Shown: positions 47,601 through 61,005, numbered from the stretch's first letter. The stretch is DNA of 64,000 nucleotides from Felis catus (GCF_018350175.1 NC_058368.1:146880001-146944000), one strand, 5' to 3'. Notes: generated by a model from the letters alone, not told the origin. Numbers and translations: made by a program.

Positions 47601-49420
47601 AATATCACAAATTGGTGGACTCTGTAAAATTGATTTGGAACTCACCAAGATGTCTATTTCTATATTTATACTTTCTTTTGAAATTAATTTTGAAAGGAGC
47701 CCAGTCTTTACAGTTAGTACAGTTCACAAATTTCTTATCATCTTAAAAGCCATTTCACTGATTTGTACAACTTGCCAGGCCCTAAAAGCATCGAGTATGC
47801 AAATTATAATGTAACATGCAAGTCCTTTACCTTTCAAGCTCGTGGACGCCATTTCTTTTGACTCATTAGGAGGATTTTTGAAAAATATTTTTCCTCTGAT
47901 TTTGCTTGCATATGGCATAACTCTCTCCAGACTGCAGGTGGAATATCTGCAGAGGAAACGGTTAGTGTCTAGTCTAAGATTTGGTAGTCAGTATTTGGAG
48001 CAATAAGTCATCTTTTAAAGATCACTAAACCTCGCTTGGCCTTAACTTCTTCATCTGTTAAAATGAGAGAAATGGATTATCTGACCTTTGAGATTCATGT
48101 AGGAACATGGCTGTGTCTGTATCCTGGATCTGAATAAATAAAATAATAGTAAATGGCACTTGGGAGGAACTACCATATGGTGTGTAACTAGGTGTGATGC
48201 TCTGTCTCATCCTGTTAATTTAAAATTCGTAAAAAACCATTAGTGAGTTGGAAGACAGAGTGAAGAACCTATTAATTACATGGGCAAGTGATGCTATATA
48301 AGGGGATGTTACAAATGGGGGAAGAAATGATAGGTGTGGCATGCATGCCCAAGAGAGAGTAAAGCACTTGCTGACTAATGTGCACATTATGTTTGTTATT
48401 CTAGCAAGAATTTTTCTTAATGAGCCAGATTCTCCCATTGTTTAAAATTGGTCCCTTAATTCTTCCAGGTGCTAGAGTACCATGCCCTGGAGTATCAAAG
48501 CTGCCTTTGATGTTACCCTCATGTCCCAAATGTTGCACTTGCTGAAGCGTGGTTTAGGCAGCTGAGAAGATCTGACTCAATTTAATGTTCAGTTTAATGT
48601 ACCAGGGGTTTTTACATGATCTCTTATTTTATCCCTGGAGGATTATATTAATTGCAATGGAAACACAGAGCTAGTAACACACTTAGCATTATTTATCTCG
48701 GCATTAGGCACACTAAGGACCTATTTAGCTGGTGGGAGCTTCAGAAGCATCATTTTCAGTTTCTAAAGAAGTCAAGTTTTATTCCCAATCCTTTGCATTT
48801 CTTAGCAAGTCTCTCTGTAGCCTTAATGAGCTATTCACCTTCTCAAAGGAACACTGAGTATTAATAACAAACTATCCATATTGCCCAAAGGGACCAAGGT
48901 TTTGTCGACTTCTAGTCTTCCTAATTTTTCAGATTCGCTGACTGTGGCATAATTCTGGTTACTTATTCTTTCTCGTTTTGCTGCTGCTGTTGTTTACCAT
49001 CAAAGCAATTTCATAACTTTGACATGAATGCTACTTTCCAGTGCTCTGAAATGTTGATTTCAGTATATATACTCACAGTTGCCGTAGCTCACGTTCAGAC
49101 TAATATAATGTTATCAAATATTTGCCCTTCATGTTTCTGTCTTAGGTTGTGTTTTGACGGACATGAATTGAAGTTACCCCTTAGGACTCTTTGCCTAATC
49201 TTGGCCTTTCCCCCTCTGAAAGAAAAGAAGACAGATTATTTTCATGTTAAAGTTTTACAGTCACTCCCTATACAGGGGAAGTGAAAGGAAGCATTAAACG
49301 TCACAAATTACAGCACATTTAGACTTTCACACATTTTTATCTGAGACAACTATGGTACCATTTTGCATACTTACATACTGTCTTCCTATCTTTTTGTGTA
49401 TACACAATGCTTTTCCTTAG

Positions 49421-49579
49421 TTTTTTTTTTTAATGTTTATTTATTTTTGAGAGAGAGAGAGAGAGTCTGAAGCAAGCTCTGTCAGTACAGAGCCCAACGT
49501 GGGGCTCAAACTCAAGAGCCATGAGATCATAAATTGAGCCCAAGTCGGACACTTAAACAACTGAGCACCTCAGGTGCCC
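49421..49579 (-). mobile_element. Can-SINE with internal deletion
   Basis: TSD tacacaatgctttt / tacaccatgctttt. Reverse head 'gtcggacacttaaacaactgagcacctcaggtgccc'. Confidence 0.9.
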
Positions 49580-50866
49580 TTGTCTACACCATGCTTTTGA
49601 TCCATTTTGCGATTACCTTTGGGGAACAGTGACAATTGTACACCTAAGCATGTCTGCTGCTACGAATTTTAAACACTTGAATTTTGGTTAAGAAGCACAA
49701 TGCTCCGTTACAACATTATTTGTTGGGAAAACTCAACCAAGCACCAGTGTTATCAGGATCAGGTTTCTGAGGACTTGAAGCTCCAATCAAGTTGTCCGTA
49801 ACCACTTTCATTCATAGGTGGGCAGTCAGAGGGATAACTGCATATGCACATGTGAATGGCTCAGCCTTCTCCAGCAAAGCACAACATCTGAAAAACAACC
49901 ACTTGACAGACAATAAAAATTAATGAAATAGCATTTCATTTCTTTGGCATCAAACAGTGCATTTAATGGACCATTATAAACAGCCATATAATTTCTAATT
50001 CTAATAATCTTAATTTGGTTAATCTTGTGATTTCGCTCCCAAATATTCTGGACTGAGTTGCTGGCATGTCTTTACACCTAAAATAAATTCCACTGCACAA
50101 ATATTTGAATATCTGCCTCAAATTGTGTTTCACAGGACTAAAGCTTAGTGTTATTCTGTCAGCCAAGGGTCTGCTAGCATTCTCCTGGGTGCACAGTATT
50201 CGATGAGATCAGAGGACACCAAATAGAAAACAGTAGGTCAGATCTGGTTTACATTTATCTTCTGATAGGTCTGAATTTTTTTTTTAGTATTTGATAATCA
50301 GCTGCTACCACTTAAAAACGGGTATAATGCGTATAAACATATGGGTTCCTTGCTTTTCTTTATAAATCGAGAGATCAGACAATCCTGGGACTACTGAAGT
50401 ATAGCAACTGTTGGCCTGGACTGAGTAGTGCTGCTCCCTGCTAGTCTATTTTCATAGTCCCCTCTCATCCTGTTTTGATATTCTAGATAATCCATTTGCA
50501 ATTTTCAGGAGTAATGCCCTTGTTCTTCTCATCATCCCTTGGAAATCACGTAGAGTCTCCAAATGTCAGTACCAATGCCACATTTTCCTGACATAGCCTG
50601 TCTTACTCGCTAAATTAAGGGTCTCCTCCTTTGTCCCCCATTGAAACCTTGGATATAGTTCTATTAAAACATTTATCCCATTAATGATGTCAGAGGGCAT
50701 TTCTGTTTTGTCTGTGGCCCTTATGTTTCTCTGCTTCCTGACTTGTTCCTTGAAGGCAAAGACCATATATCATGCAGACTTAATGTGTTCACAATCAGCA
50801 GTTTGCTCAGCACATGGAAGCTGAATAAACTCTGGTTGAATAGATGATTAAGAAGTAAAATATGTA

Positions 50867-51036
50867 GGGGCACCTGGGTGGTTCAGTTGGTTAAGCATCT
50901 GACTCGGTTTTGGCTTAGGTCATGATCTCATGGTTTCAGGAATTCAGGCCACCAGTCTGGCTCTGTTCTGCCATCACAGAACTTGCTTGGGAATCTCTGT
51001 CTCCCTCTCTCTCTCAAATAAACTTAAAAAAATTAG
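50867..51036 (+). mobile_element. Can-SINE
   Basis: 'ggggcacctgggtggttcagttggttaagcatctgact'. TSD agaagtaaaatat at 50851-50863 / 51037-51049. Confidence 0.94.
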
Positions 51037-51052
51037 AGAAGTAAAATATATA

Positions 51053-51270
51053 TTTAATTTTTGTTAATGTTTATTTATTTTTGAGAGAGAGAGAGAGAGA
51101 CAAAGCATGAGTGTGGGAGAGGCAGAGTCAGAGAGACACAGAATCTGAAGTAGGCTCCAGGCTCTCAGCTGTCAGCACAGAGCCTGATGCGGGGCTTGAA
51201 CCCACAAACCGTGAGATCATGACCTCAGCCAAAATCGGATGCTTAACCAACTGACTCACCCAGGCACCCC
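51053..51270 (-). mobile_element. Can-SINE (SINEC_Fc-like), tail-to-tail with the previous SINE
   Basis: Reverse body ending 'ctgactcacccaggcacccc'. Confidence 0.94.
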
Positions 51271-51278
51271 TTAAGGAT

Positions 51279-51334
51279 AGGTTTCATTAAGTTCAGCTTT
51301 AATGACAGGTTTCATTAAATTGAGCTTTAATGTC
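51279..51334. repeat. Imperfect 28-nt tandem duplication
   Basis: aggtttcattaagttcagctttaatgac / aggtttcattaaattgagctttaatgtc. Confidence 0.9.
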
Positions 51335-54300
51335 AATTTTCATTCACACTTTTAATGTTTGATGGCATAAGGCTTCTTTCTCTTCCCTTCCTCCTTTTAT
51401 TTTCCTATCCTATAGGCTGTGGGTGTACATGCACAAACACCTACACACACACATACCACCACATAGCAGAATAATCATACTTCATAAGTATCCACTAATT
51501 TGGAAGGGTGCAGTAGTACAGAAGTATCAATTTAAAATTTGCAATATAAATATCAGACTTATTATGTGCCACTGACTTATATAGTTCATTAAATCTCATT
51601 TTTGTTGGTTCTAAAGGTAAATGACAAAAATAAGATTAATTTTATGCAGAGACAGAATTAAAAGAAAAATGATACTCTAAGGGTTCAGACTCTGCTATTT
51701 AGTATGGATCGTGTAGATGTGGCTGTTGTCTGAATGGAAGTTAGGAACTTTTACATAAGCTCTAAAGGAGTTGACTACAGAAAACTTCTTCGTGATTACA
51801 GTAGCACGTCTACTTGCAAATGTGGGCCATGAATACCCTCATCTGTGTGCCTACCGTGGAGCCGTTTGTCTTTATGGGACTTTGCACAGCTGACAGCTAA
51901 TGCAGGCGTTTAAATGCAAAATCTGACACTGATGTTTTCCCCCCGAATGACACTTCAATACATAAATTATATGAATGTAGTTAGCACTATTCATTTATGA
52001 AATAATGTAGCTACCACTTAGTAATGCAATTCAAAACATCTTTCACTTTATTTAGCCATTTCCAACCCCATTACATGGAACTATGAAAAGAATAAAAATT
52101 GATTAGATAAGGAGCGACAAGTGGGCAAAAGCATTTCCCAGCATGTTGCCCGCCTTGTGGCAAAATGATGGAACAGTAACATTTTACTTCCTATTGAGAT
52201 GTTGCTTGCTTAGGTGGCCTGTTTCTGATTAAAAGCATCTTTGTAATATTGCCTCCACTTCCATAAAAAGAAAAATATGCTCTGTGCCAAAGAGTCTAGT
52301 ACTAACTGCAAAAAAGAGATGTTACTGTGGCAAGATAGGATATTCTTGGTTCCAGTCCTGTAGGATGGTGGGTTTTGATCGGCAAATTAGGCTTCTAAGC
52401 TTCTAGTTTCTCTATGTTGGGTCAACGATAAAAGTGGAAATAATATAACCATTCCTAGTGGCTAAGACTAAGTATAATTTTTGAGAACTTTTTGAATGCA
52501 ATTTCCTTCAAATATATTATTGGTAATTGTCAAAAAAACCTGGAGATGGAGTACTGTCCTTTTTTTATAAATGTGAACTCAGACTCAGCCCAGCTAAGTA
52601 TCTGCCTGAGGGGGGCAGTGAGAGTTTGAGCCACGCCTGCCGCTGGTAACTCCTTAGCTTTCATTCTCCCAGGTACCTTAGGGCCTATGATGCCTCTTTG
52701 TGTAAAGATAAGGAGGTCCCGCTGACTGTCTTCCTTAATGTAATTTGTGGGTCTGTGTGGTGGGGTTCCTCTTTGTTTGCTTTCATGAACTTATTAGACT
52801 TCTGACAAAGGTATTTTGCTGTTTAGGATTTTCCTTTTGAATTTTGGGAGACTGGTCTGGACGCAGACTTGCTCTGTTTCAGGAGTGGTGGGGAGAACAC
52901 ACATTCATCTCTCTGATGGCACTTGGGTGTGCGGTCCTGGCAAGTTACGCTTTGTCAATGAGCTCGGGACACACTTGTGTACTTGCTCACAGAGGCTGAC
53001 TGAGAAGCAGCTCAAGCTAGAGTCTGATAAAGAATAACTGGTCAAGGGACCAGGAAGATATTGCACGTTTACTTTTCCATCATGTGGGTATTAAGTATGG
53101 GGACCTTGCATTTTGAGCAGAAGGCTGGTAATTTCTCACGTGATCTTTATCAAGAAGTACAAAATCAGTGAGCAGCATACAGCTTGAGGAATGTGTCTCA
53201 GGTGGGTTGTGAATTATACAACCAGATGGCCTCACCTCTCCAAGGGCTGTTCCAAAGTCATATACATTCTTTATTCATTAATTTTCAATTTTTTGCCTAA
53301 CATTTTCATTGGTATTAGCCTTTTCTGCAAGGGAAAAATCCATTTTAATAAAAGAAAAGAGTAAATTTGGATATTACTCATTTTGCAGGAAAATACAATC
53401 CTATACTTAAAAAAAAAAGTAAATGCTAAGATAGTATTTGTGATCAAAATATATCCACAAAGTGTCTTTTGCCCTTCATTTATCAGAACTATTTAAGTCT
53501 TGTTTCCTTCTGAGATCATGTGCCTTATTAGTGGCAGACAGAGCTTTATAGACTAAACATATTTATGTTCTATTTTAAATATAACATGAGGCTTATTGCA
53601 CAGAACTGTTTTTCTTTTCCTCTATTTCTTTTTCTAAATCCTATATAAGCCTGATACTCTACTTTTAGTCAACTGGACTCTTCACTAATTTTATACAGGA
53701 AAAGGTATGGGGTTGGAATCTCAGGCTGAAAATCTAATATTTGGAAATCAAAGAAAAGACTTAAATGATCACGGTTAACACCAGAAAAGCTTTATGTTAA
53801 ATATAGACAAGGAGATCCTAAAGTAATTGGTGTAACTAATTTCTTTCAAAGTTTCTTTCTTTCAAAGTTTCATCCTCAGCTTGAAGCTTGTATGATTTCT
53901 GAAGCAACTGTCACAGACATATGATGGAAGAGCAAAGCAAAACGAATCCTATCTCTTTTGCATTTATATATATTCATTAGATCAACACATTCTTCTTTCT
54001 GTTTTGCATAATCTGAAAGTGGTACTTATGAAATTATGAACACAGTGCAGATGGTCTGCTCTAATCGGTCCAGCCTCTTCACAGTCCATGAACTGAGCCT
54101 GTCAGTTCCACCTCCAGCAAGGTCATTCTGCTGCTCTCTCTCCACCTGTCCTCACTCCTTCCCTCCAGGGTCCTGCACCCGACCCTGTCTTTCACCCATT
54201 CTTCCTCTGTCTCAGCAAAGATGTAGCACGTAATTGCCCATTGTTCAGTCCTCTGCTGTGCTGCTCTTGGGTGTGAGTCTCTCCCTCCACTACTGGATTG

Positions 54301-56879
54301 TGGGCCCCCTGAAGATAGGGAAGCTGTCATCTGCACCCCTCAGCACAAAGCAGAGCTTGGGTTCTCAGCAGGAACTCACTGATTGAGAGCCTGCTTTCTG
54401 CTACTTTATTTTTATTATTTAATTGAGTGAGATTCTGCAGGACGTAAACTGTGCCCTTGAAACCAAGGCACCCTTGGGAGCTATATTAACTTAGGGCACA
54501 TGGGCCCTATTTATTTACTGTTTCAATATACTGAGTTAGCTGTACTATCAATCACATAATCTGACAGTCTTTTAAAAATGCAGTGCTTCTTCTGCATCTT
54601 TTGGCTTTGCTCCTTCTCTGATGACCTTTTGGAAGCAGTGGAGTGGGACTAGGGTAAGAGGAAGACTTGTCATGCTCTGTCAACTTCTACAACCTGAATT
54701 AGAAAACTGAAGAACAAGGATTCCTCTGTCATTTTTTAAAAAACGAATAAAGCAGTACCCTTCCTACAAGTACAGAAAAGCATAGTATTTCTATTTACTC
54801 TTAGAATTGTAGACATAGGATGAGGTGAGTGTTTCCCTTAGGGTGGCATTTGTCAAGGTAGACCTGTACTTACACTCCTGTTTTCTCTTTTCTTTTATAG
54901 AGGCCGTCTGGTTCCTGTGTGTGTCTGAGATAGCATGGATGAGTGTTTGGGGCCTACTTATGACTAAGCCCCCAGACACATCTCAGCCAAGGTACATTTC
55001 CATTCAAGTATTCCAAATAGTTCTTCCCTGTCCATCAGGTTTTCTGGGAGCTCTGAGTTAGGAGGATGGATCTAGTGGTGATGAGCTTGAAGAAAGCCTG
55101 GGAGGAACAAATAAATCCAAGGCCAGACTGCTGCCTAAATAGTCAAGCTACAGAGGTAAAAATTTTAAACGTGCCTAGGTTGGTGTTGAAATGCCCATTG
55201 TTTGAAGGGTGTCTGAACAGAGCAAAAACAAACCAAAACCAAAACAAAACAAAAAACAAAAAAACCCTCCTGGGCATTCCAGCCCAGGAGAAAAGGGCTG
55301 CTAGTGGATGCTTTTAACTAGGCTAGATAGACCCTGGACTGCCCAGAAATTTTGATGAGAACTTAAGACTTGGGTAAAAGACTGATTAGGTAGATGAGAC
55401 ATCCATGAAAGGAATCTAAAGTCTGATGCTCTCACGAGGACTCTGAAAGAAGATAGGATTCCTGACATTCCTTGCCGGGGTGTAGTAGCTCTTAAGCTAC
55501 TACCACACCTGGCTCTCTAGGCCTCAGGGTCCTATACTCAGCACACCTTTATTGCTGGTCGCAGAGCTGGGCAAGTGTTGGTGGGGATTCTCATAAGGAC
55601 TCTTGAGAAAACAGGTCAGTTTGGGGCTTTGACTAAAAATGGCATAAGGGTGGCCTGAGACCATTGGGCCAAACCTAGTCCCTGATTATGCCCTAGAGTG
55701 AACCCAAACTCTCAATCTCTGAATTATTCTGATGGATCTTCTGGCTTTCAAGACCACAAGGGCTTTCTCTGGGCAAGATCAGATGCCGGGATTAGGCTCC
55801 AACAAAATGTATTTCTTTGGAATCCATCTAGCATGGAAATAGCCTTCCCTTGGTCGGCAGCCCATGTGTGGTACAGCATTGCTCAACACAGCACATTCTT
55901 CCTAACGTATGACTTCAGAGGGAAGGTGGGACTAAGTGTGGAGGGTTGAGGGTAGAGGTTTCTCAGAAATGTCTGTTGCTCAAAGCCGCTATTTTTCTCA
56001 GTTGAACAACTTTGAGCTTATTGCTTTCATTTTCCTCAAATATCTATCAAGGCTTTGTAACTTATGAGCAAACAAACTGAAACAGAAAGCCATTTTTTAA
56101 GTTAATTTTATATTTGGTACAGGATTAGAAACTGCTCTGTTCACACATCGGCTATAGCCTGTAGCACAGAAACCATGCCTGCTTTTCCAACACATCGCTG
56201 TGATATTTGGTTAGAAGGGGATTAAGGATACGAAAAAGAAAAAAAGGTCAGTTTCTATTTGTAGGTAATTCTCAATGTCCCTTCTCAGAATCTCAATTAC
56301 TACTTCTCTCTTATTTTCTTTTCCATGTGTGTCATGGCCTTAAGACTTTTTGGAAACATTAACGTCCTACATTCTCATCAGCAGCCATGGATCATAGTAC
56401 CACTCACTAACATTTTATTACAGTGTCCTGAGCTGCCCAGTCACCTCATGCTAAATTTAGGTTTAAATAAATAGAACATCTTAGTTGCAGTGCTACTAGA
56501 AAGCAGATGGAACAAGAATAAGGGGATCTATTGCTTTCATATTGCTGTATTGTGACAGGTAACTGAGAGTTTTTTTTTTTTTTTTGAACCAAATATATAG
56601 ATATCGATCATGTTCCTGAGTCATTCTGAATACATTACATGTATATTCAGATCTGGTTTTGAGTTCAAAAGTCCCCAGTTGAAACAGTTGTCAGCCCCTT
56701 AGCCTTCTTAACCCCCTAGATTGTTCAATTTCATATTTCTGGTTTATTCTGGAATGACTCATGAGATGCACCCTGCCTCCCCAACAAGTACAAGGTAAGG
56801 ACTAATGTTAGTGTTCCTCAGACTCTTGTACAGCCTGCCATGAACTTGGTTGTACAAGAAATATTTCCTGAAGGGATTT

Positions 56880-57470
56880 GCCTTTTAACGTTATAAAATC
56901 AACACTTAGTTAAAAAATATTTTTTTAAATATAAACACAACACAAAATATGAAAGCTGCCACGGAATAGAAGTTGAAACAGTAATGGTGCTCTTACCCCT
57001 ATCTTCTACTCAGTTTTCTTCCTGAGAAGCAGAGGCTTCCTGTGTAACTTTTCAAAAATCCTGTATTCATTTACACACACACAGAGAAATGTTCATATGT
57101 GTATATCAAATGCTAAGTATATATACTGTCCTGCATTTGATTTTTTTTCCTAACCTAACAATGTATCCTGGTGAATTCTGTATCAACATTACAAAGCTAA
57201 TGAATTCTTTTAAAGAGCTGCATCAGATGTATTCTATGGATATGTTGTTCCTTTTTACTATTATAATTTTATTAACTTTTTACTATTATCAATGATATAG
57301 CAAGAATATCTTTGTATATGTCATTTTATAGATGGGCAAGTATAGCTAAAGGATAAATAGAATTGCTCTGTAAAGGCACTGATAAATTGCTCTCTACCAA
57401 TTTCTTCTCTAACCAACTTACAATGCATGTGTTGACTATTTCCTTGACATACCCTGTGATACCCAAGGGA
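56880..57470 (-). mobile_element. Old L1ME-like 3' fragment
   Basis: 'tatatactgtcctgcatttgatttttttcctaacctaacaatgtatcctgg...aattcttttaaagagctgcatcag...ataaattgctctc'. Confidence 0.55.
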
Positions 57471-57479
57471 AAAAAGTGA

Positions 57480-57710
57480 CATTATTAATGGCAAACACTT
57501 ACATAGCACTTAGTCTGCACCAGGCGCTGGTCTATGTGCTTTACATATATTATCTCAAGTAAGACTCAAAACAACCTTGGGAGGAAGGTACTTTCATCTC
57601 CAATTTACAGTTGAGATAAGATTTTGCTTCAGGTCCCCCAGCTAGTAAATAGAAGATGACATCTGATCCCAAGCTCTCTGGCTCTAGAACTTAGTTCCTA
57701 TAAGCATGAC
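57480..57710 (-). mobile_element. MIR SINE
   Basis: 'acacttacatagcacttagtctgcaccaggcgctggtctatgtgctttacatatattatctcaagtaagactcaaaacaacc...caggtcccccagctagtaaat'. Confidence 0.8.
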
Positions 57711-57879
57711 CCTAAACAGTGCTAATCATGGCATTTTTTTCCCCTGAATATTCTCTGATAAAGAAGAAGTTCTCAGGAAACAAATGTTCAACTCTTCAAT
57801 AAGGAAGACAGCACCCCCATCATCCTTACAAGTATTAGCTCCCGGCTCACTAGCATATTCTCTAACCTTACTCTGGCCA

Positions 57880-58480
57880 TAATTTGTTGAAATATAATAT
57901 TGCTATAGATGAACCTTGCACTACTCTGGCCTATGAGTTGCTCAATTTCCTCTCAGTCATCTTAACCTCCACTCGATCTCAGCTTTCTTTTCTTTGCTGT
58001 TCCTGTTTTCCCACTCAGTCCTTTTAATATCCATACTCCACCACTTTTCCCCCCCACCAGAATCTAATGATCCATTGAGCCTATCAGTTTTTCACTGTTC
58101 ATTCCCACAATGGTGCCCTCATTTCCCCCCAACACAGTAGCTTAGATTTCACAGTCCACTGCTACAATTAATCTTACTTAGATTACTGTAGAGCTGGCCT
58201 CTACACCTCTACACTCTGTTCCCTTGCCCCCTTCCAATGTAGTGTTAAAACAGCAGGTGCCTCTCTTAAAATATAAGTCAGATTAACTCACTTGTCCGTT
58301 TAAAACCCTACAATATGTTCCCATTTGATTCAGGAACAAGGCAAAGTATTTCACACTACTTGCTCTTTTCCTCACACTACTGAAGCCCCATGTTCCCATC
58401 CCCAAATCTTTGTACTTGTCTTGTGCTTTTGCCTGAAACATTTTTCCTCCAGATTCCTATGTGGCTCCCTCCCTGACTGT
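57880..58480 (+). mobile_element. L2 fragments
   Basis: 'tcttactagattactgtagagctggcctc', 'cttaaaatataagtcagattaactcacttgtccgtttaaaaccctacaat', 'tttgtacttgtcttgtgcttttgcctgaaacatttttcctccag'. Confidence 0.55.
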
Positions 58481-58900
58481 CATAATCCCAAGGAAAATAG
58501 TGTGCAAATGTTAACTTTATACCTTTTTACTATAGAGCTCAACATAGTGTATTTCCCATGATTAACCAAACTTTTAATCAAATCTTATCCACGTACTGTT
58601 AAAATTTGGTGTTAGATTAAAGGTTTCTCTCACTCTTTCTGATGCACTTCTTCTCACTATTAATATAAATTCCTGGTTTTGGAGATGGAGGTTTACTTAA
58701 GAGATCTGACATGAATGTGGCTACATTTGTTCCAGAGCAAGAAACTGTCAAGACTGACTGTCACCATAGTGCTTGGCACATTTACACAATGAAAGGCTAC
58801 ATAGTCATTAAAAAGTAATAAAATACAGCCAAAAATGCTGATACAGAAACATCACCAAACTAAGAAAAAAATAAGCGAGAAAAAACCCCGTATACCCACT

Positions 58901-58985
58901 GTTTCCTATATATTTTCCTACATATTTTGATTCCTATGTATTTTCCTATAAATTCCTATATAGGATTCCTATATATTTTCTCTAC
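58901..58985. repeat. Degenerate (ttcctatatatt)n tandem repeat
   Basis: About six copies of ttccta(t/c)a, read directly. Confidence 0.8.
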
Positions 58986-60330
58986 TTGTAGGTGTAAGTA
59001 TATGTAAGGTACTATTAAGAGTTTACATTGGGAAAAAAGAGGCTAAGGAGATTTTTAGTTTTCATTTTCTTTGTTTTACAAGTTTATTTTAAAACCATGA
59101 ACACATTTTTAACTTCTGTATTTAAATTTAAAGTTACATTAAATTATTGAGCCAAGTTATCTAGCATAAACTTACTTATTTTAGTGAACAACAAATCACT
59201 CTTGGGCTCTGAGCATAGCACCAGGCCAGGTGCAGGGGAGGCCATTAAAGAAAAAACAATCACTGACCTAACCAAACTTAAAATATGATAAAGGAAGTAA
59301 GATTCACAGAATCAATGAGAGAAGAGCACAGAGTACATATAATTCAGGCTAATGTCCTTGAAGTGAATGATATATATTACGTGAATTGAGACAAGGAAAA
59401 GACAAGTTGCCAGGTGTCATCAGGCCAAGAAGATATAATCTGCATTTAGTGTTGAAAGAAACCTAAGGATTTGATCAGGGAAAAGAAATGGAAATGACAA
59501 TCCAAGAAGGAGTAACATATATCACGCAACTTTAGTAAGGTCATGAGGAACAAACCAGCAAGGTCAAAATGTTTTACGAAAGTGGATTAGCACCAGCGTG
59601 AGGACTGAAAGAGATGGGCAGAGACTGGGGAGGAAAGAAGTTGAAAGGTTAACAGAGAAATCTAAGTCTGAATATTTCTGTCTGAAGTAGAAGAATAAAA
59701 TTTAGGTGGAGAGAAAAGGATGAATCCAAAATAGGCTGAAAAAGAAAAAGCAATCTTATGTAGAGCCTGATTAAATGTTTGCCCTACAAAATGATTTTTA
59801 GAGAATAAATATTTCAGAAAAAGAAATGTTTCTACTTTTCTTACACTGAGCACATACTGATACAATATCATCTCTATCCAATTAAGAACTAAAGAATAGA
59901 AAAATAGTTTTATAAAAGGTCTCTCAGTAGAATTAACTGATAGCTATAAATCTATTTAGTAAAATTGAATATAAAACTCAAAAGAATAGATAAAAACAAT
60001 GTACTAAGAATAATCTAGATGCAAAATTTAGATGTAACAGAAAATATTGAGAAGCTAGGTACATGAAATAAAAAAAATAAAATACATTGCAAACTCATGG
60101 TTTCTAGAGGAAAGGGAATGGTTTTATGTAACTCTTAATATAATATTTCAACCTTGACTCCAAACATTGACAAATACTTTTGTCTCCATGCCACTTCTCC
60201 TGGAATGGCCTAACCCTCCAGGATAATGTTAAGGGAACAGAATTCAAGGTATAGAGTGATTAGAGTGCTTTGCACCCCTACATAGAACACAGAAGGCTGA
60301 TCACCTGCTTTTTCTGAGGAAACATTTCTT

Positions 60331-60550
60331 TTTAAATTTTTTTTTTTCAACGTTTATTTATTTTTGGGACAGAGAGAGACAGAGCATGAACGGGGGAGGG
60401 GCAGAGAGAGAGGGAGACACAGAATCGGAAACAGGCTCCAGGCTCTGAGCCATCAGCCCAGAGCCTGACACGGGGCTCGAACTCACGGACCGCGAGATCG
60501 TGACCTGGCTGAAGTCGGACGCTTAACTGACTGCGCCACCCAGGCGCCCC
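60331..60550 (-). mobile_element. Very young Can-SINE (SINEC_Fc)
   Basis: Near-consensus and CpG-rich ('cacggaccgcgagatcgtgacctggctgaagtcggacgcttaactgactgcgccacccaggcgcccc'). Perfect 14-nt TSD aggaaacatttctt at 60317-60330 / 60551-60564. Confidence 0.97.
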
Positions 60551-61005
60551 AGGAAACATTTCTTAATAAGAATTTTGTTTTGTTTTGTTTTTCAAATAGT
60601 AATGCCACACTAAATGAGGCAACTTGGATGAGACCACTACATGATTCATTACTTATTATCTATTCCAACCTGGGTCACAAAGAATAGCAATAAGTCTGCA
60701 ATGCCCAGAAGGTCTCTGTTGTATTTCCCTGCATAGGTGTCACATTCTTTCCCTTCACTTACACTGTTCTTGATCTCCATCAAAACTCCTTATCAAACTC
60801 TTGCTAGACCCTCCCCAAAGTGAGATTCTCCAGGCCATGTGTAATTCCACCTATAATTACTGTTCATTTAACTTGCATATGGTTTTTCTTATTATAATTC
60901 ATTTTCATAAGGTAGGATACTATTATCAGGTCAATACAATGAAGCTTTGCCCAGAACTCCTAATGCTGCCTGAGCTGATTTCTAATAGGTTCTTGCCTAT
61001 CCTTC

